A stretch of 64,000 nucleotides of DNA, from the NCBI GenBank assembly GCA_030428125.1, contig JAUIBF010000001.1, positions 490,383-554,382 on the forward strand, given 5' to 3'. The DNA is from a bacterium (GTDB taxonomy: Bacteria > Patescibacteriota > Saccharimonadia > Saccharimonadales > SZUA-47). Numbering within the stretch: position 1 is the first letter of the stretch; every line of letters starts with the position of its first letter. The notes beneath the pieces were generated by a model that was given only the letters and a program-made list of their open reading frames with translations, did not search any database and was not told where the DNA came from. Below, one piece after another: positions 51,943-62,040 of this stretch. Made by a program: the position numbers and the translations under genes.

Positions 51943-52791
51943 ATGTTTTTAGTTTATAATATTATTACTATGTATCTTGGTGTTCGGAAAGTTTTAGGTG
52001 AAGCAATGCCTGCTGTCGCGTCTGAACTTGAGCATCACGGATATCAATACGCTCTAAGAACACTTTTTATTTATGGACTTACTCCAGATGAATATAACGC
52101 AGGCTCTGTCGTCGACCCTGATATCACGAGACATTCTGGATTGAGAGCGTTAATACATGCTCATAACTTTTTATTGGGCGAAACAGTTAAAGTTGACGGG
52201 GCTGTTGAAATAAGTGCAGATTTTGGGCACACTAAACCTTCTGCTTGCTCTAGCGCGGAACACTATTTCTTAACACTGACCGGTAACATCAATCAGGATT
52301 TCGACACTGGATTTTCTGAAAGGCATTTTGACGATTTTTTGAGGAGAGCTACTGTCGCAACAGATGCATCTGGTGAACCAGTTATCATAAAAAAATACTA
52401 CGAAAGCGAATCAGCGCTAACACTCAAGCCTATTTCGCTTAAAGGATTCCCGATACCCGCCGGAACCATTCTTGGGATTAATTTGGCAGGACAAGAGCAC
52501 GGTTACACTGGTTTTGCAGACGACGCTACTGAAAGTGAACAGCTAGTAGAAACTCTTGGCGGAGGACTACTAAGACTGATCGATGTTGATGATGTAGACA
52601 AAGTTAGACCAATACGCTTAGTATCATTCGCTGGGAGAAGGCAGATTGAAAGATTTGGATTACGAAAAAACTATTCAAGTTTTAGAAAAGCCTGGGATTT
52701 ATCAAAATTCGGAATAGGACAAATTGATACAGCGATTAGTGACGCTATTGGAACTGCCAAACCCAGCGCGCCTATTTCTGCTATTCGTTAA
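51943..52791 (+). CDS. Hypothetical protein (start probably 51970)
   Basis: Long ORF; TATAAT shortly before the ATG at 51970. Confidence 0.65.
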   Translation: MFLVYNIITMYLGVRKVLGEAMPAVASELEHHGYQYALRTLFIYGLTPDEYNAGSVVDPDITRHSGLRALIHAHNFLLGETVKVDGAVEISADFGHTKPSACSSAEHYFLTLTGNINQDFDTGFSERHFDDFLRRATVATDASGEPVIIKKYYESESALTLKPISLKGFPIPAGTILGINLAGQEHGYTGFADDATESEQLVETLGGGLLRLIDVDDVDKVRPIRLVSFAGRRQIERFGLRKNYSSFRKAWDLSKFGIGQIDTAISDAIGTAKPSAPISAIR

Positions 52792-53404
52792 AAATTCCAG
52801 TCGCTGCTTTTACTCGCTCCCAGAATGTAAATGGCTTGCCACCAGAACAAGCGGATGGGTCTTGTCGTTCGTTGTATTCGTGAGCGTCTTTTTGTATCTC
52901 ATCATACTGCGCTTGCAAGTCTCCGTCTGTTGGCTCTCCAATACTCACCAGCATGGCATCTTCATCACCGATCACTCTGTTAGCGATAGTATCGACCTCT
53001 CCACCATTTAATATGAATTTAATTTCAGTATCACCGTCTTCTATCAGGACTTTGTCTTCATACGCAAACAGGTTGTCACCCAGTGTCATGCCGAGATTCG
53101 CGAAAAAATGCCCCCAAGTGGCTGCATCACGATGAACATGCACAACATGGTTTACTTGATCATGCATGTGAACCCTATCTTGTGGTCGGGCTTCTTCGCC
53201 TCCGAAACAGGCTGCAACTTCCTCGTAATACAAGAAATTTTCAAAAGGCAGTCTTTCACCGTCAACAAAAACAGCAAAGTTCGCATGATAATGGGTTTCT
53301 TGTTTTTCAACTAGGACAAATCTCATGGCAAAGAGCCAGAATGCCCCCATGAAAAAAGCTAGCGCAACCAGCAAAGTTTGTTTTTTAGACACCCTTAACC
53401 TCAT
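52781..53404 (-). CDS. Membrane-anchored His-motif protein, possibly metal binding
   Basis: TM followed by HYHA, HMHD and HVH motifs. Confidence 0.7.
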   Translation of the reverse strand: MRLRVSKKQTLLVALAFFMGAFWLFAMRFVLVEKQETHYHANFAVFVDGERLPFENFLYYEEVAACFGGEEARPQDRVHMHDQVNHVVHVHRDAATWGHFFANLGMTLGDNLFAYEDKVLIEDGDTEIKFILNGGEVDTIANRVIGDEDAMLVSIGEPTDGDLQAQYDEIQKDAHEYNERQDPSACSGGKPFTFWERVKAATGIFNE

Positions 53405-53445
53405 GCAATTAAGTATAGCAGTTATTATTTGCTACAATTTAGCTA

Positions 53446-53757
53446 ATGATTACACAGATTCTAGCTCACGCAGGGGAAGACCACGGCTCAGAGGCAGCTG
53501 CGACTATTCATGAACTAGCGTGGTATTACCAATTGCCAATATTTTTCCTGGTATTTTTGGGCATATGTACGCTTATCTGGCTGATAACTAAGAAACTTGA
53601 TTTGGTAATTTTAATCAGTTCAACAATGATGCTAATTACAGGATTTCTGGTGTTTCAGGTTGCACCACTAGTCAGTATCATTTCGATTACGCTAGGCTTA
53701 ATAGCAACTTTAGCAGTCACTTTGATCGGTCTCGGTGGACCTGCAGCTAAAAAATAG
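53446..53757 (+). CDS. Small membrane protein with an AHAGEDH N-terminus
   Basis: Three hydrophobic segments. Confidence 0.65.
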   Translation: MITQILAHAGEDHGSEAAATIHELAWYYQLPIFFLVFLGICTLIWLITKKLDLVILISSTMMLITGFLVFQVAPLVSIISITLGLIATLAVTLIGLGGPAAKK

Positions 53758-53838
53758 ATATATCTCACATACGCGTTGTGAAGCACTTCACTGCACAAAG
53801 TGTAGTAACTTGATAATCTGTAGTGCCCTGGAGGTATT

Positions 53839-54444
53839 ATGGGTCTACCAGCAGCAGTATTCGAACAAGATTTAATGTACGTACCCAGACGTGCGTTTGA
53901 GGTAATTGAAGGGGATCAGACTGCTGAAGTTTTTACTGATTTATATCGTTTTGTTTCAGATAGCGCCGGGCAAAGGTTTTGGTCGGTCGAAGTTATTGAT
54001 GAGTTTGATTCAACTGGGCATTTGGACATTCTAAAAGGCTCTATTAGGCGCATCCCGGGCATAAGCAGCATAATGGAACATACAGCGAAATTGCCATCGG
54101 GCGATATAGCCTTTAATGCCCACGACAACCTGATTAGAGATGTACCCGACATCACATCGAGGCGAAACGCAAAAGGTCAACATACAAGTCTAGGCGTAAC
54201 TTATGAAGTCGCACATAACAATCCAGCTATTAGATTCGCTGCCGTTAACTCCTTGAGGACCGAAGGCGACCCCACCATAGAAACAGTACGTGCTTTTGAA
54301 GGCTGGCGTTATGCAAATGATTTTCAGATATCCGCAGAGCGGCTAGAACTAGCCAGGTTAGCTTACAAAAATTTTCTTTTTGGAGTTGGGTCTAGTACGT
54401 TTATGCCAGCGCTAGGGTATGCTGCAACTGCATATCTAAAATAG
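53839..54444 (+). CDS. Hypothetical protein
   Basis: GGAGG SD, 201-aa ORF. Confidence 0.65.
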   Translation: MGLPAAVFEQDLMYVPRRAFEVIEGDQTAEVFTDLYRFVSDSAGQRFWSVEVIDEFDSTGHLDILKGSIRRIPGISSIMEHTAKLPSGDIAFNAHDNLIRDVPDITSRRNAKGQHTSLGVTYEVAHNNPAIRFAAVNSLRTEGDPTIETVRAFEGWRYANDFQISAERLELARLAYKNFLFGVGSSTFMPALGYAATAYLK

Positions 54445-54481
54445 CTTAGAATTGTCGTGCGATAGAGGTTATACTTCTTAT

Positions 54482-55057
54482 ATGGCGTTTGAGGACTTTA
54501 AACAAAAAGATTCAGTAGTGGTGGTTTACACCGGAGAAGGAAAAGGCAAGACCAGCGCAAGCGTTGGACTTCTAGCTCGTGCACTGGGCAGGGAGTGGAG
54601 TGTTGCTTACATTCAATTCGTGAAAATGTGGGAAACCGGCGAGTCAAAATTTATCGAAAAAATAATGTACAGCGACACTTTCAAGGATAAACTCTACTAT
54701 TTCCGTGGAGGAAAAGGGTTTTTCAACGCAGGTGATTTGAGCGCAAAAAATGTAACTGAAAACGAACATAAAGCAGCAGCCGAGGAGACATTTGAACAAG
54801 CATACGAAAAAGCAACTTCAGGTGAATGGGATTTAGTTATTTGTGACGAGATCTGTAACTCGGTTCATGACGGGTTGCTAGCGAAGTCTAAATTAAAAAA
54901 GCTCATCAAGGATAAGCACAAAAACACTAGCCTCTGCTTAACCGGAAGAAATTTCCCGGAAGACTTAATAGCTTTAACAGATATTGCGACCAATATGACT
55001 AAATTAAAACATCACTTTGACGACAAATTCTTAGCAAACAAAGGAATTGACTACTGA
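54482..55057 (+). CDS. cobO: Cob(I)alamin adenosyltransferase, CobO/BtuR/CobA type
   Basis: VYTGEGKGKT, IQFVK, DEI, LTGR, KHHFD and GIDY motifs. Confidence 0.88.
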   Translation: MAFEDFKQKDSVVVVYTGEGKGKTSASVGLLARALGREWSVAYIQFVKMWETGESKFIEKIMYSDTFKDKLYYFRGGKGFFNAGDLSAKNVTENEHKAAAEETFEQAYEKATSGEWDLVICDEICNSVHDGLLAKSKLKKLIKDKHKNTSLCLTGRNFPEDLIALTDIATNMTKLKHHFDDKFLANKGIDY

Positions 55058-55827
55058 TCGGCAGGGGTAACTACACCTTGTGGCGCAAGTCTGTAAGGCA
55101 TAAATTTATCAACGTTTAGTTCACGAAAATCTGTCTCTTTGGCTAGAGTATCTAGGATTGCTCTTACAGGATCAATGTCGTCATCTAGAGTAGGGTAAGG
55201 TCCTTCAAGTTCGTGATAAAGAGACATGGCACCGAGTGTGAACACCTCCTTAGGTTGAGGTAGTTCTTCTATTGGGCTATGCATAATGTCGAGTGGGTTT
55301 GCACCACTATCCGTAAAATCAAACAAGTCCTCAGTTGTGTACGTTGCCAATAGGGCGTCTGTTCCAAAGGCTTTAGTTACAACAGGACGACAGAAGCCAC
55401 AACAATGGAGTGACTCCATATGTTTTGATGTACCTACTAAATCTTTTATGTCTCTTTTGGCAGCCAGCATTAAAAGTCTCATGGATATATCATTAGGTCT
55501 TGCGCGTAGAGCTAGCATACCTCGTTCTCCACAGACACGTGTTAGCGAGCCTTTATATGGTTTTAAGTTAGAGCTAGAAATTATCCTAAATGGATTAGGA
55601 TGAGTATCTGTAAGAATCGGTGCGCTTGCAGCTACAGGGAAGTTTTCTTCATCAACGCCATAGTGTTGAGCTTGAGTTAAAGCATTGAACAAATCAAACA
55701 TCGAGTTGCGATATAAATCTTCTACACTCATTTCATGAGCGAATCTACTACCCGGTGTTCTACGATACGAGAACTCAAATCCAGGCTGATTCAGTCCACC
55801 ACCATATACAAAATCAGAGTTTGTCAT
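55051..55827 (-). CDS. Cytidine-deaminase-fold protein
   Basis: FPVAA...SSN...CGER ... CCGFCR (compare C/HAE...PCGxCR). Confidence 0.65.
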   Translation of the reverse strand: MTNSDFVYGGGLNQPGFEFSYRRTPGSRFAHEMSVEDLYRNSMFDLFNALTQAQHYGVDEENFPVAASAPILTDTHPNPFRIISSSNLKPYKGSLTRVCGERGMLALRARPNDISMRLLMLAAKRDIKDLVGTSKHMESLHCCGFCRPVVTKAFGTDALLATYTTEDLFDFTDSGANPLDIMHSPIEELPQPKEVFTLGAMSLYHELEGPYPTLDDDIDPVRAILDTLAKETDFRELNVDKFMPYRLAPQGVVTPADQ

Positions 55828-55857
55828 TTAAATTATTATAGCACTTTTTAATTGATT

Positions 55858-56157
55858 TTACAATTCTTGTGAAAGTCGTTCAACGGCATCGAGTACTCTT
55901 CTGAGAGGCCTTTGGTGTTTATGAAGTGTATAAAAGACGCGCAGGTGATCATGAGATTTATCGGGTGCTACTAGCTCAAACTGAGTAAGGAGCTTCAGTT
56001 TCTTAGACAGGGTAGAAGGATTAATATGCAGATTATCTCTTAGCTGCGTAAATGTTTTTTCTCCGTAACGCTCCAATTCAAAAAGAATCTTAAGCGACGT
56101 GTTGTCTCCAATAACAAAAAATGCTTGGTACAACTTGATTAGTTCTTTCTCGTTCAC
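55858..56157 (-). CDS. Winged-helix regulator (ArsR/HxlR-like)
   Basis: FTQLRDNLHINPSTLSKKLK helix-turn-helix. Confidence 0.85.
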   Translation of the reverse strand: MNEKELIKLYQAFFVIGDNTSLKILFELERYGEKTFTQLRDNLHINPSTLSKKLKLLTQFELVAPDKSHDHLRVFYTLHKHQRPLRRVLDAVERLSQEL

Positions 56158-56257
56158 ACTTAAATCCTTTCTGTTTATTTTCTATACTACTTGTGTTTAT
56201 AGATTACTATACTTTTTATACAACTGTAAACGTAAACTTTTTGATGTTACTATTTGA

Positions 56258-56893
56258 TTGATGAACCAGAGGAACTTCAACATTTTTACTTGGACAGTCC
56301 TGCTAGTTTCTATATTGATACCGTTTTACGTGTGGGGAAATTACGTTGGTTGGGAAATATTTGATGTGTCTTTGTACCAGCTTTTCCCGTTGTTTGGATT
56401 GCTGGCATGGATGATAATGTGCACACACTATTTTACAGGTGCAGTACGGATCAAAACTGGCCTAAAAAAATCTAAATATTACGGAGGGGCTACCGGAGCA
56501 TTAGTGCTAGCATTTCTGCTTCTACATCCAGGAATTCTTGCGTACGCACAACACGACAATGGCTTCGGGACACCTCCAGAAAGTTTTGTAGATTACTACG
56601 GCGAAGCTTTAATCTTGGCCGGAATGCTCGGAACTATATCGTTACTAATTTTCTTAAGCTTTGAGATATTTGACAGACTAAAAAATAATAAAGTTATCAA
56701 CAAATACTGGATTCTTGTAAGTATCTCTCAGTCATTAGCGATGACATTTATTTTTGTTCATGGGCTACAACTGGGTACAAATCTGAAGTCGGGATGGTTT
56801 ATCTACATCTGGCTACTATACGGACTCGCCTTGATACCGTGTTTTTATATAATTCACAAACTAGATTTTGAAAATATTCAAAAAAACAGATAA
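56258..56893 (+). CDS. Membrane protein, ferric-reductase-like TM domain
   Basis: About six TMs with His in LLHP and FVHG. Confidence 0.55.
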   Translation: MMNQRNFNIFTWTVLLVSILIPFYVWGNYVGWEIFDVSLYQLFPLFGLLAWMIMCTHYFTGAVRIKTGLKKSKYYGGATGALVLAFLLLHPGILAYAQHDNGFGTPPESFVDYYGEALILAGMLGTISLLIFLSFEIFDRLKNNKVINKYWILVSISQSLAMTFIFVHGLQLGTNLKSGWFIYIWLLYGLALIPCFYIIHKLDFENIQKNR

Positions 56894-56940
56894 CTCTCGT
56901 TTCTTTTAAACAGTTGACATCATGCTGTAAACTGTTATTT

Positions 56941-57447
56941 ATGAGTCAAGCAACTCTACATTTACTGATGGGTCTACCAGGGTCTGGAAAAACTACCTTA
57001 GGCAAACTTTTAGAAACGGAAACGAAGGCAACTTACTTATCTTCTGATGAATATCGGCTAATGCTGTTTAAAGAACCCTGTTTTTCTCAAGAGGAACACG
57101 ACATGCTTTACGCCACACTAGACCACAACGTACTTCATCTACTAGAAGCCGGTCGTGACGTCATATATGATGCAAACTTGAACCGGAAAATTCATCGACT
57201 AGAGAAGTACGAACTAGCTAAAAACTACGGCGCGAAAGTAAGGTTATGGTGGGTTCAAACACCAGAAAAACTAGCAAAACAACGCAGAATCGATGAACAG
57301 GACCATTTGCTAATCCCAGAAAACGAAACTCCCGAAAATATGTTTGATAGGATTGCCGGAGTATTCGAACCACCTGAAGAAGATGAAGATTTTACAGTTG
57401 TAGATGGTACTAATATCACAAAAGATTCTGTGGTAGAAGAACTTTAA
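56941..57447 (+). CDS. AAA_33-type P-loop kinase
   Basis: GLPGSGKTT, LSSD..R, VIYDA and FEPP motifs. Confidence 0.85.
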   Translation: MSQATLHLLMGLPGSGKTTLGKLLETETKATYLSSDEYRLMLFKEPCFSQEEHDMLYATLDHNVLHLLEAGRDVIYDANLNRKIHRLEKYELAKNYGAKVRLWWVQTPEKLAKQRRIDEQDHLLIPENETPENMFDRIAGVFEPPEEDEDFTVVDGTNITKDSVVEEL

Positions 57448-57981
57448 ATGCAGCAAATTTTATACATTCCAGGATTGGGCGACGCTGAGGCGACCAAGTT
57501 TCTGGCTGACAGATGGGAAAAACCAGATCGAGAGGTTGTAACCTTTGATACACGCTGGGCCAGCAACGAACCATACACAGAAAAGTATCAGAGACTTCTG
57601 GGTGTTTTCGGTGATTTAAGCCTTGTAGACGATATAGAGGTGATTGCCCAAAGTGCTGGTGGAGCACTAGCAACCAGGCTAATATCAGAAAAACCGGAGA
57701 TAAATCAAGCCGCCATAATTTGCGGTAAACTGAGAAACGCCGAAACTATCGGAGACGACTATCGTAAACGTGGGCCTGCCTTGTACGACGCCGTAGTAGC
57801 CAGCGAAAAAGCGCTAGAAACATCTGACGATTTTGCTTCGAAAGTGACCGTTTATCGGCCCCTACGTGAATGGGTAGTACCGATGGACGACATGATTATA
57901 GAAGGGGCCAGAATTAAAAAAGTCCCCATTATCGGACATGCTGCATGCATTGGTTTTACAATGCTGTTTTATGTCCCTTAA
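57448..57981 (+). CDS. Small alpha/beta-hydrolase-like protein
   Basis: YIPGLGD, AQSAGG elbow, GH near the C-terminus. Confidence 0.65.
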   Translation: MQQILYIPGLGDAEATKFLADRWEKPDREVVTFDTRWASNEPYTEKYQRLLGVFGDLSLVDDIEVIAQSAGGALATRLISEKPEINQAAIICGKLRNAETIGDDYRKRGPALYDAVVASEKALETSDDFASKVTVYRPLREWVVPMDDMIIEGARIKKVPIIGHAACIGFTMLFYVP

Positions 57982-58505
57982 AGTTCAGACAAAATTAGTG
58001 CTGTTACGTACCGATTGTCACCTATGTCTATTGTCGAATAACCCACAAAACTAAGCCGCTCATCAAGTAAGCACTCTTTATGATCCGGGCTGCCCATCCA
58101 TGAGCTGATGGTTGTCGCTATATCATCTGTTTCTAATAGATTGAGGTTTTCGCAACTATAACCCTTTGAACCCTGAAAGTAGGCATTGTAGGTTAATCCG
58201 TCCGGATTTGTGTGAGCATAATACTGACGAGTTTTCATGTCCTCGCTACGAGTTACGGCAATTTCCGTCAGCTCATTGTCCATAGTAATTCTGCTCTGGT
58301 TATTTTCAAGCCTGACTTGATTAATAATATTAATCATTTCGTCAGTTTCTTCTATGCTTAGGCCTGCTACCTGGGCAGGGAAGTCCGTTTCATTAAAGTT
58401 TTTGTTATAGGCAAAGCCAACAAACACTAAAAACAGCACGACACCAACAAGAATCATCCCTTTTCTCATGATAGTTATTTTACAACTTTTATTATGTTTC
58501 GTCAA
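57978..58505 (-). CDS. CAP/SCP domain protein (start probably MRKG)
   Basis: INQVR, RSEDM, YYAH, ENL and WMGSPDH motifs. Confidence 0.88.
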   Translation of the reverse strand: MTKHNKSCKITIMRKGMILVGVVLFLVFVGFAYNKNFNETDFPAQVAGLSIEETDEMINIINQVRLENNQSRITMDNELTEIAVTRSEDMKTRQYYAHTNPDGLTYNAYFQGSKGYSCENLNLLETDDIATTISSWMGSPDHKECLLDERLSFVGYSTIDIGDNRYVTALILSEL

Positions 58506-59356
58506 TCAAACCAAGTTTGAATTCTCAACAGTTTTACTGCAATGAAGTCTACAGGGAAAAATATTAGGCTACAAAGAGCACCGTAAAGTGCAGGCAGGAG
58601 CGCTAATAGAAGCGCTAAAGCCCTTAAACGCCATGCTATCCGAACTTTAGCAGGAGCGGGTAAGTTATTTGCTCGCCTGTGAAAAGATTTGGTTGAACCT
58701 CTGAGTCGCGTGTAGTGCCATAATTTCGGCAGATATCTAAACGACTGGTTAGCACTAGTAATTAATACGTCGTTTGCTTGAATAATCTTTAATTCAGCTC
58801 CTGCCATCCAAAGAGCAATATCTTGATCCTCATGCACTACATTGTCATCAACACAGACTTTATCCTTTACAGTCTCCCAGGCAGTTTTTCGTACTGCCAT
58901 AGTAGCTCCCCAGGTGGTAATTGTGCCGAACGTAGCGTGTACAAACCAATAATAGGTACGTGTTATCAGGGTGGACATGGGGTGGGTCAAAATTGGCAAT
59001 ATGGGTGTTTTTGCGAGCCCAGTGAGTCCAGATAGTTTATCGTCGTTTTCAAAATGCGACTTAACAGTTTCTACCCAATTTGTTTTGAGCTCCGAATCTG
59101 AATCAATTCTAGCCAGAATGTCGCCTTTGGCAAAATTAAAGCCCTTGTTACGTGCATATCCTCGCCCTTGATTTAGCTCTTGTACAACAGTTACGAACTC
59201 ATAGTGGTTGGCAATGTCTATGCTTCTGTCACTGGAATTATTATCCACAACTATCACTTCATCGGGCATAACAGTCTGTGCAGCAACTGAATCTAAACAC
59301 TTCCTGATGTGGCGTTCCTCGTTATAAACAGGTATAATCAAACTAAGCTTAAGCAT
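58502..59356 (-). CDS. Glycosyltransferase family 2
   Basis: IIPVYNEE, VVDNNSSD, ARN.G, RIDSD and HED motifs. Confidence 0.92.
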   Translation of the reverse strand: MLKLSLIIPVYNEERHIRKCLDSVAAQTVMPDEVIVVDNNSSDRSIDIANHYEFVTVVQELNQGRGYARNKGFNFAKGDILARIDSDSELKTNWVETVKSHFENDDKLSGLTGLAKTPILPILTHPMSTLITRTYYWFVHATFGTITTWGATMAVRKTAWETVKDKVCVDDNVVHEDQDIALWMAGAELKIIQANDVLITSANQSFRYLPKLWHYTRLRGSTKSFHRRANNLPAPAKVRIAWRLRALALLLALLPALYGALCSLIFFPVDFIAVKLLRIQTWFD

Positions 59357-59376
59357 AATATTTATAAATTACTATC

Positions 59377-60516
59377 TTGAAGAATAGCAAATCAACCAAA
59401 AAAAGCGCTAATAAAAAGCAGTCTAACCCTAGTAAATTTTCTTGGGGATGGGCAAAACACTTTGTATCACATGTGTTGTGGTCTAATCGAACCTGGATTG
59501 GTAAAGCTGGCGTAATACTGGCCTCGATTCTTGTATTACTAACAACTTCTGCTTTCGGCGTGGGACAGTGGTATCGCAATAAGCATGCTGATGAGCCACT
59601 TATTCTAGGCGCTACTTTTATCCCCAATTACGCTGAGTTCTTTGAGCTAGACGCTAAAGAAACGCTTGAAGCAATGATTAATGACTTGGGATTTAAGAGA
59701 TTTAGACTGGTCACTTATTGGAAAGATTACGAACCAGTCGAGGACGAATACGACTTCACTAATCTAGACTGGCAAGTTGACATGGTAGAAGAAGCCGGTG
59801 GAGAGATTGCCCTTACTTTAGGTTTACGTCAGCCACGATGGCCAGAATGCCACGGACCAGAATGGGCAATGGAAAAGCCAATCGAGCAATGGTCTGCAGA
59901 CTTGAATGAATATATGGGAGTGGTAATTGATAGATACAAGGACAGGGATGTTATCATCGAATACCAACTAGAAAACGAATATTTCTTAAGTGTATTCGGA
60001 GAGTGTCCAGACTTTTCTAGGGAACGACTAGTCAATGAGTTTAACTATGTCAAAGAAAAAGACCCGACTAGACCAATAGTGGTTAGTCGTAGCAATAACG
60101 CAACTCCTAGCTGGCCAATTGGCGAGCCTAGAGCAGATGTGGTTGGAGCATCAATCTACAAGAGAGTTTGGGACAGAACCGTGACCAAAAGGTATTTTGA
60201 GTATCCATATCCAGCCTGGTTCTATGCTTTCCTAGCCGGTGCTACAGAGTTAACAACTGACAGAAATACCGTCATACATGAGCTACAAACTGAGGCGTGG
60301 TTACCGGACGGAATAAGCATGAAAGATGCTCCGTTAGAAGAAATGTATAACACCTTTGGGCCTGATGATGTTGGACCAAGAATTAAATACGGAGTAGACA
60401 CCGGAATTCGCAATATTGATTTGTGGGGTATGGAGTGGTGGTACCACCTTAAAGTTAATCGCGATGCACCAGAAATCTGGGACAACGCTAAGGAAGCTCT
60501 TAAAGAGTATCGATAA
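59377..60516 (+). CDS. Membrane-anchored glycoside hydrolase of clan GH-A (GH5/GH42-like)
   Basis: YDFTNLDW, PRWPECH, ENE acid/base and ELQTE nucleophile motifs. Confidence 0.75.
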   Translation: MKNSKSTKKSANKKQSNPSKFSWGWAKHFVSHVLWSNRTWIGKAGVILASILVLLTTSAFGVGQWYRNKHADEPLILGATFIPNYAEFFELDAKETLEAMINDLGFKRFRLVTYWKDYEPVEDEYDFTNLDWQVDMVEEAGGEIALTLGLRQPRWPECHGPEWAMEKPIEQWSADLNEYMGVVIDRYKDRDVIIEYQLENEYFLSVFGECPDFSRERLVNEFNYVKEKDPTRPIVVSRSNNATPSWPIGEPRADVVGASIYKRVWDRTVTKRYFEYPYPAWFYAFLAGATELTTDRNTVIHELQTEAWLPDGISMKDAPLEEMYNTFGPDDVGPRIKYGVDTGIRNIDLWGMEWWYHLKVNRDAPEIWDNAKEALKEYR

Positions 60517-61171
60517 AAGGTCTGGTTTCTTCTAAAACTTGTCTAGACTGGAAGAGTATTCTGTTGTGCGGACCTGTAAAAATTCCTACCCCCACACCCG
60601 TTTGTCGTAATTCTTCCAAAACACTATCGTCAGGAGTAAAACCAAAAGAATCAGCATCCGACCACAAAGCTGCTCTTCCGCCAGAGAATGCGTCAGAATT
60701 ACCGAGTGTAGTTCCTAGGAACTTTGCTGTGGAAAACTTTCTAACTCTTCTTGGGATCCATTGTGTAGTTGCTAAGTGCTTCTCAAGTTCTCTTGCAGGA
60801 TGTCGCATAGAAGTAATGCCATCAGGCAGCTCTTCTTCTAGCTCAATCTTTTCACCAGCAACTTTTAACGCACCCAATCCCTGTCGCAGAAGCTTAGTTG
60901 GTTCTACGCCGTTATAAGCTGCTACGCTACTATTTCTATATTTTCTGGGATCACTGTAGAAACTCTCAGCAAGCGCGATTATGCCTGCAGAGTGGGTACC
61001 AAAGCACGTTTCTGCTGCTGCAGCATCACTAAGGGGTGTTCTTCGATATTCAGCTGCTGTCATGGCAGCACCGTCTGTAAATAGCCCAGTTGCGATTGCA
61101 GCTTCAACTGTGGGCTCCATAACTATTAGAGATTCAGAAAATCCACCTATTGCTACAAAATTTCTACTCAT
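60500..61171 (-). CDS. Hypothetical protein, possible degenerate alpha/beta hydrolase
   Basis: IGGFSE, THSAG, D.FG and GPHN; perfect TTGACA-N17-TATAAT promoter upstream. Confidence 0.55.
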   Translation of the reverse strand: MSRNFVAIGGFSESLIVMEPTVEAAIATGLFTDGAAMTAAEYRRTPLSDAAAAETCFGTHSAGIIALAESFYSDPRKYRNSSVAAYNGVEPTKLLRQGLGALKVAGEKIELEEELPDGITSMRHPARELEKHLATTQWIPRRVRKFSTAKFLGTTLGNSDAFSGGRAALWSDADSFGFTPDDSVLEELRQTGVGVGIFTGPHNRILFQSRQVLEETRPFIDTL

Positions 61172-61234
61172 CTTTACATTATATCATTTTATTTCGTCAT
61201 TGTCAATAACCATAACCTCTGTTAGAATAGTAGA

Positions 61235-61702
61235 ATGGCCAAGAAAAAACCACAAGCCAAAGGTATAATCCGGAATAAACGAGCACGGTTCGACTATGAA
61301 CTGGGCGAAACTTTTGTATTGGGGATTGTTTTAAACGGACGCGAGACCAAAGCATTACGTCTAGGGCATGGTCAGTTGACCGGCTCTTACGTAACTGTTA
61401 AGGACGGAGAACTGTGGTTACTGAATTCAAATATTTCAGGCACAAATGGAATTCCAATTGATGAGACTGAGCAAGTACGAACTCGTAAATTACTAGCAAA
61501 CAAGCGTGAAATAAAAGAAATTATTGCTGCCAAACAGCAGGGGAGTCACATAATCCCAACCGAAATCCAGACAAAGGGTAAATTTATAAAAGTCAAAGTT
61601 GCTCTTGGTAGGAGTAAGAAGCTTCGCGATAAACGCCAAACCATAAAGCAAAGAGAAGACGACATTGAAGCCGGACGGCAGATGCGCAACACCTGGCGCT
61701 AG
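61235..61702 (+). CDS. smpB: SsrA-binding protein
   Basis: NKRARFDY, G.VL.G.ETKALR, RTRKLL and DKRQTIK motifs. The ATG at 61235 reads on the + strand; the ORF track's minus label is wrong. Confidence 0.96.
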   Translation: MAKKKPQAKGIIRNKRARFDYELGETFVLGIVLNGRETKALRLGHGQLTGSYVTVKDGELWLLNSNISGTNGIPIDETEQVRTRKLLANKREIKEIIAAKQQGSHIIPTEIQTKGKFIKVKVALGRSKKLRDKRQTIKQREDDIEAGRQMRNTWR

Positions 61703-61707
61703 TTAAG

Positions 61708-62019
61708 CTAGTAGTTTGTCGCAATCGTTAACAAAGTTGTGGGCCCAAAAGATAACGCAACTCCAGCAGACGCAAATACTGAATAGCCCACTTTACGACA
61801 AAGAGTCGTGTCGGATATACCCAGTAGAGCTTTGTTGGTTTCTATTTCAGATTCACCAGGCCTAGTGGAGCCTAACCAAAATCTTGCTGGCACTAGGGCG
61901 GCTTTACCTGTCGCTTCAGCAAACGCGTGAAGGTTTTCGGGAGTAGCTACTCTCTCACAGACCTCATAAGTCACGTGTGCCAAGTATTTATAGGCCATTC
62001 CTATGGATGGATAACTCAT
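61708..62019 (-). CDS. Hypothetical protein
   Basis: 103-aa ORF with TATAAT 8 nt upstream. Confidence 0.5.
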   Translation of the reverse strand: MSYPSIGMAYKYLAHVTYEVCERVATPENLHAFAEATGKAALVPARFWLGSTRPGESEIETNKALLGISDTTLCRKVGYSVFASAGVALSFGPTTLLTIATNY

Positions 62020-62040
62020 GAGGAATGATTATATAACAAG

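Noticed and set aside
61235..61702. ORF track lists smpB on the minus strand
   Set aside because: The + strand reads ATGGCCAAGAAAAAACCA from 61235, so the gene is on +
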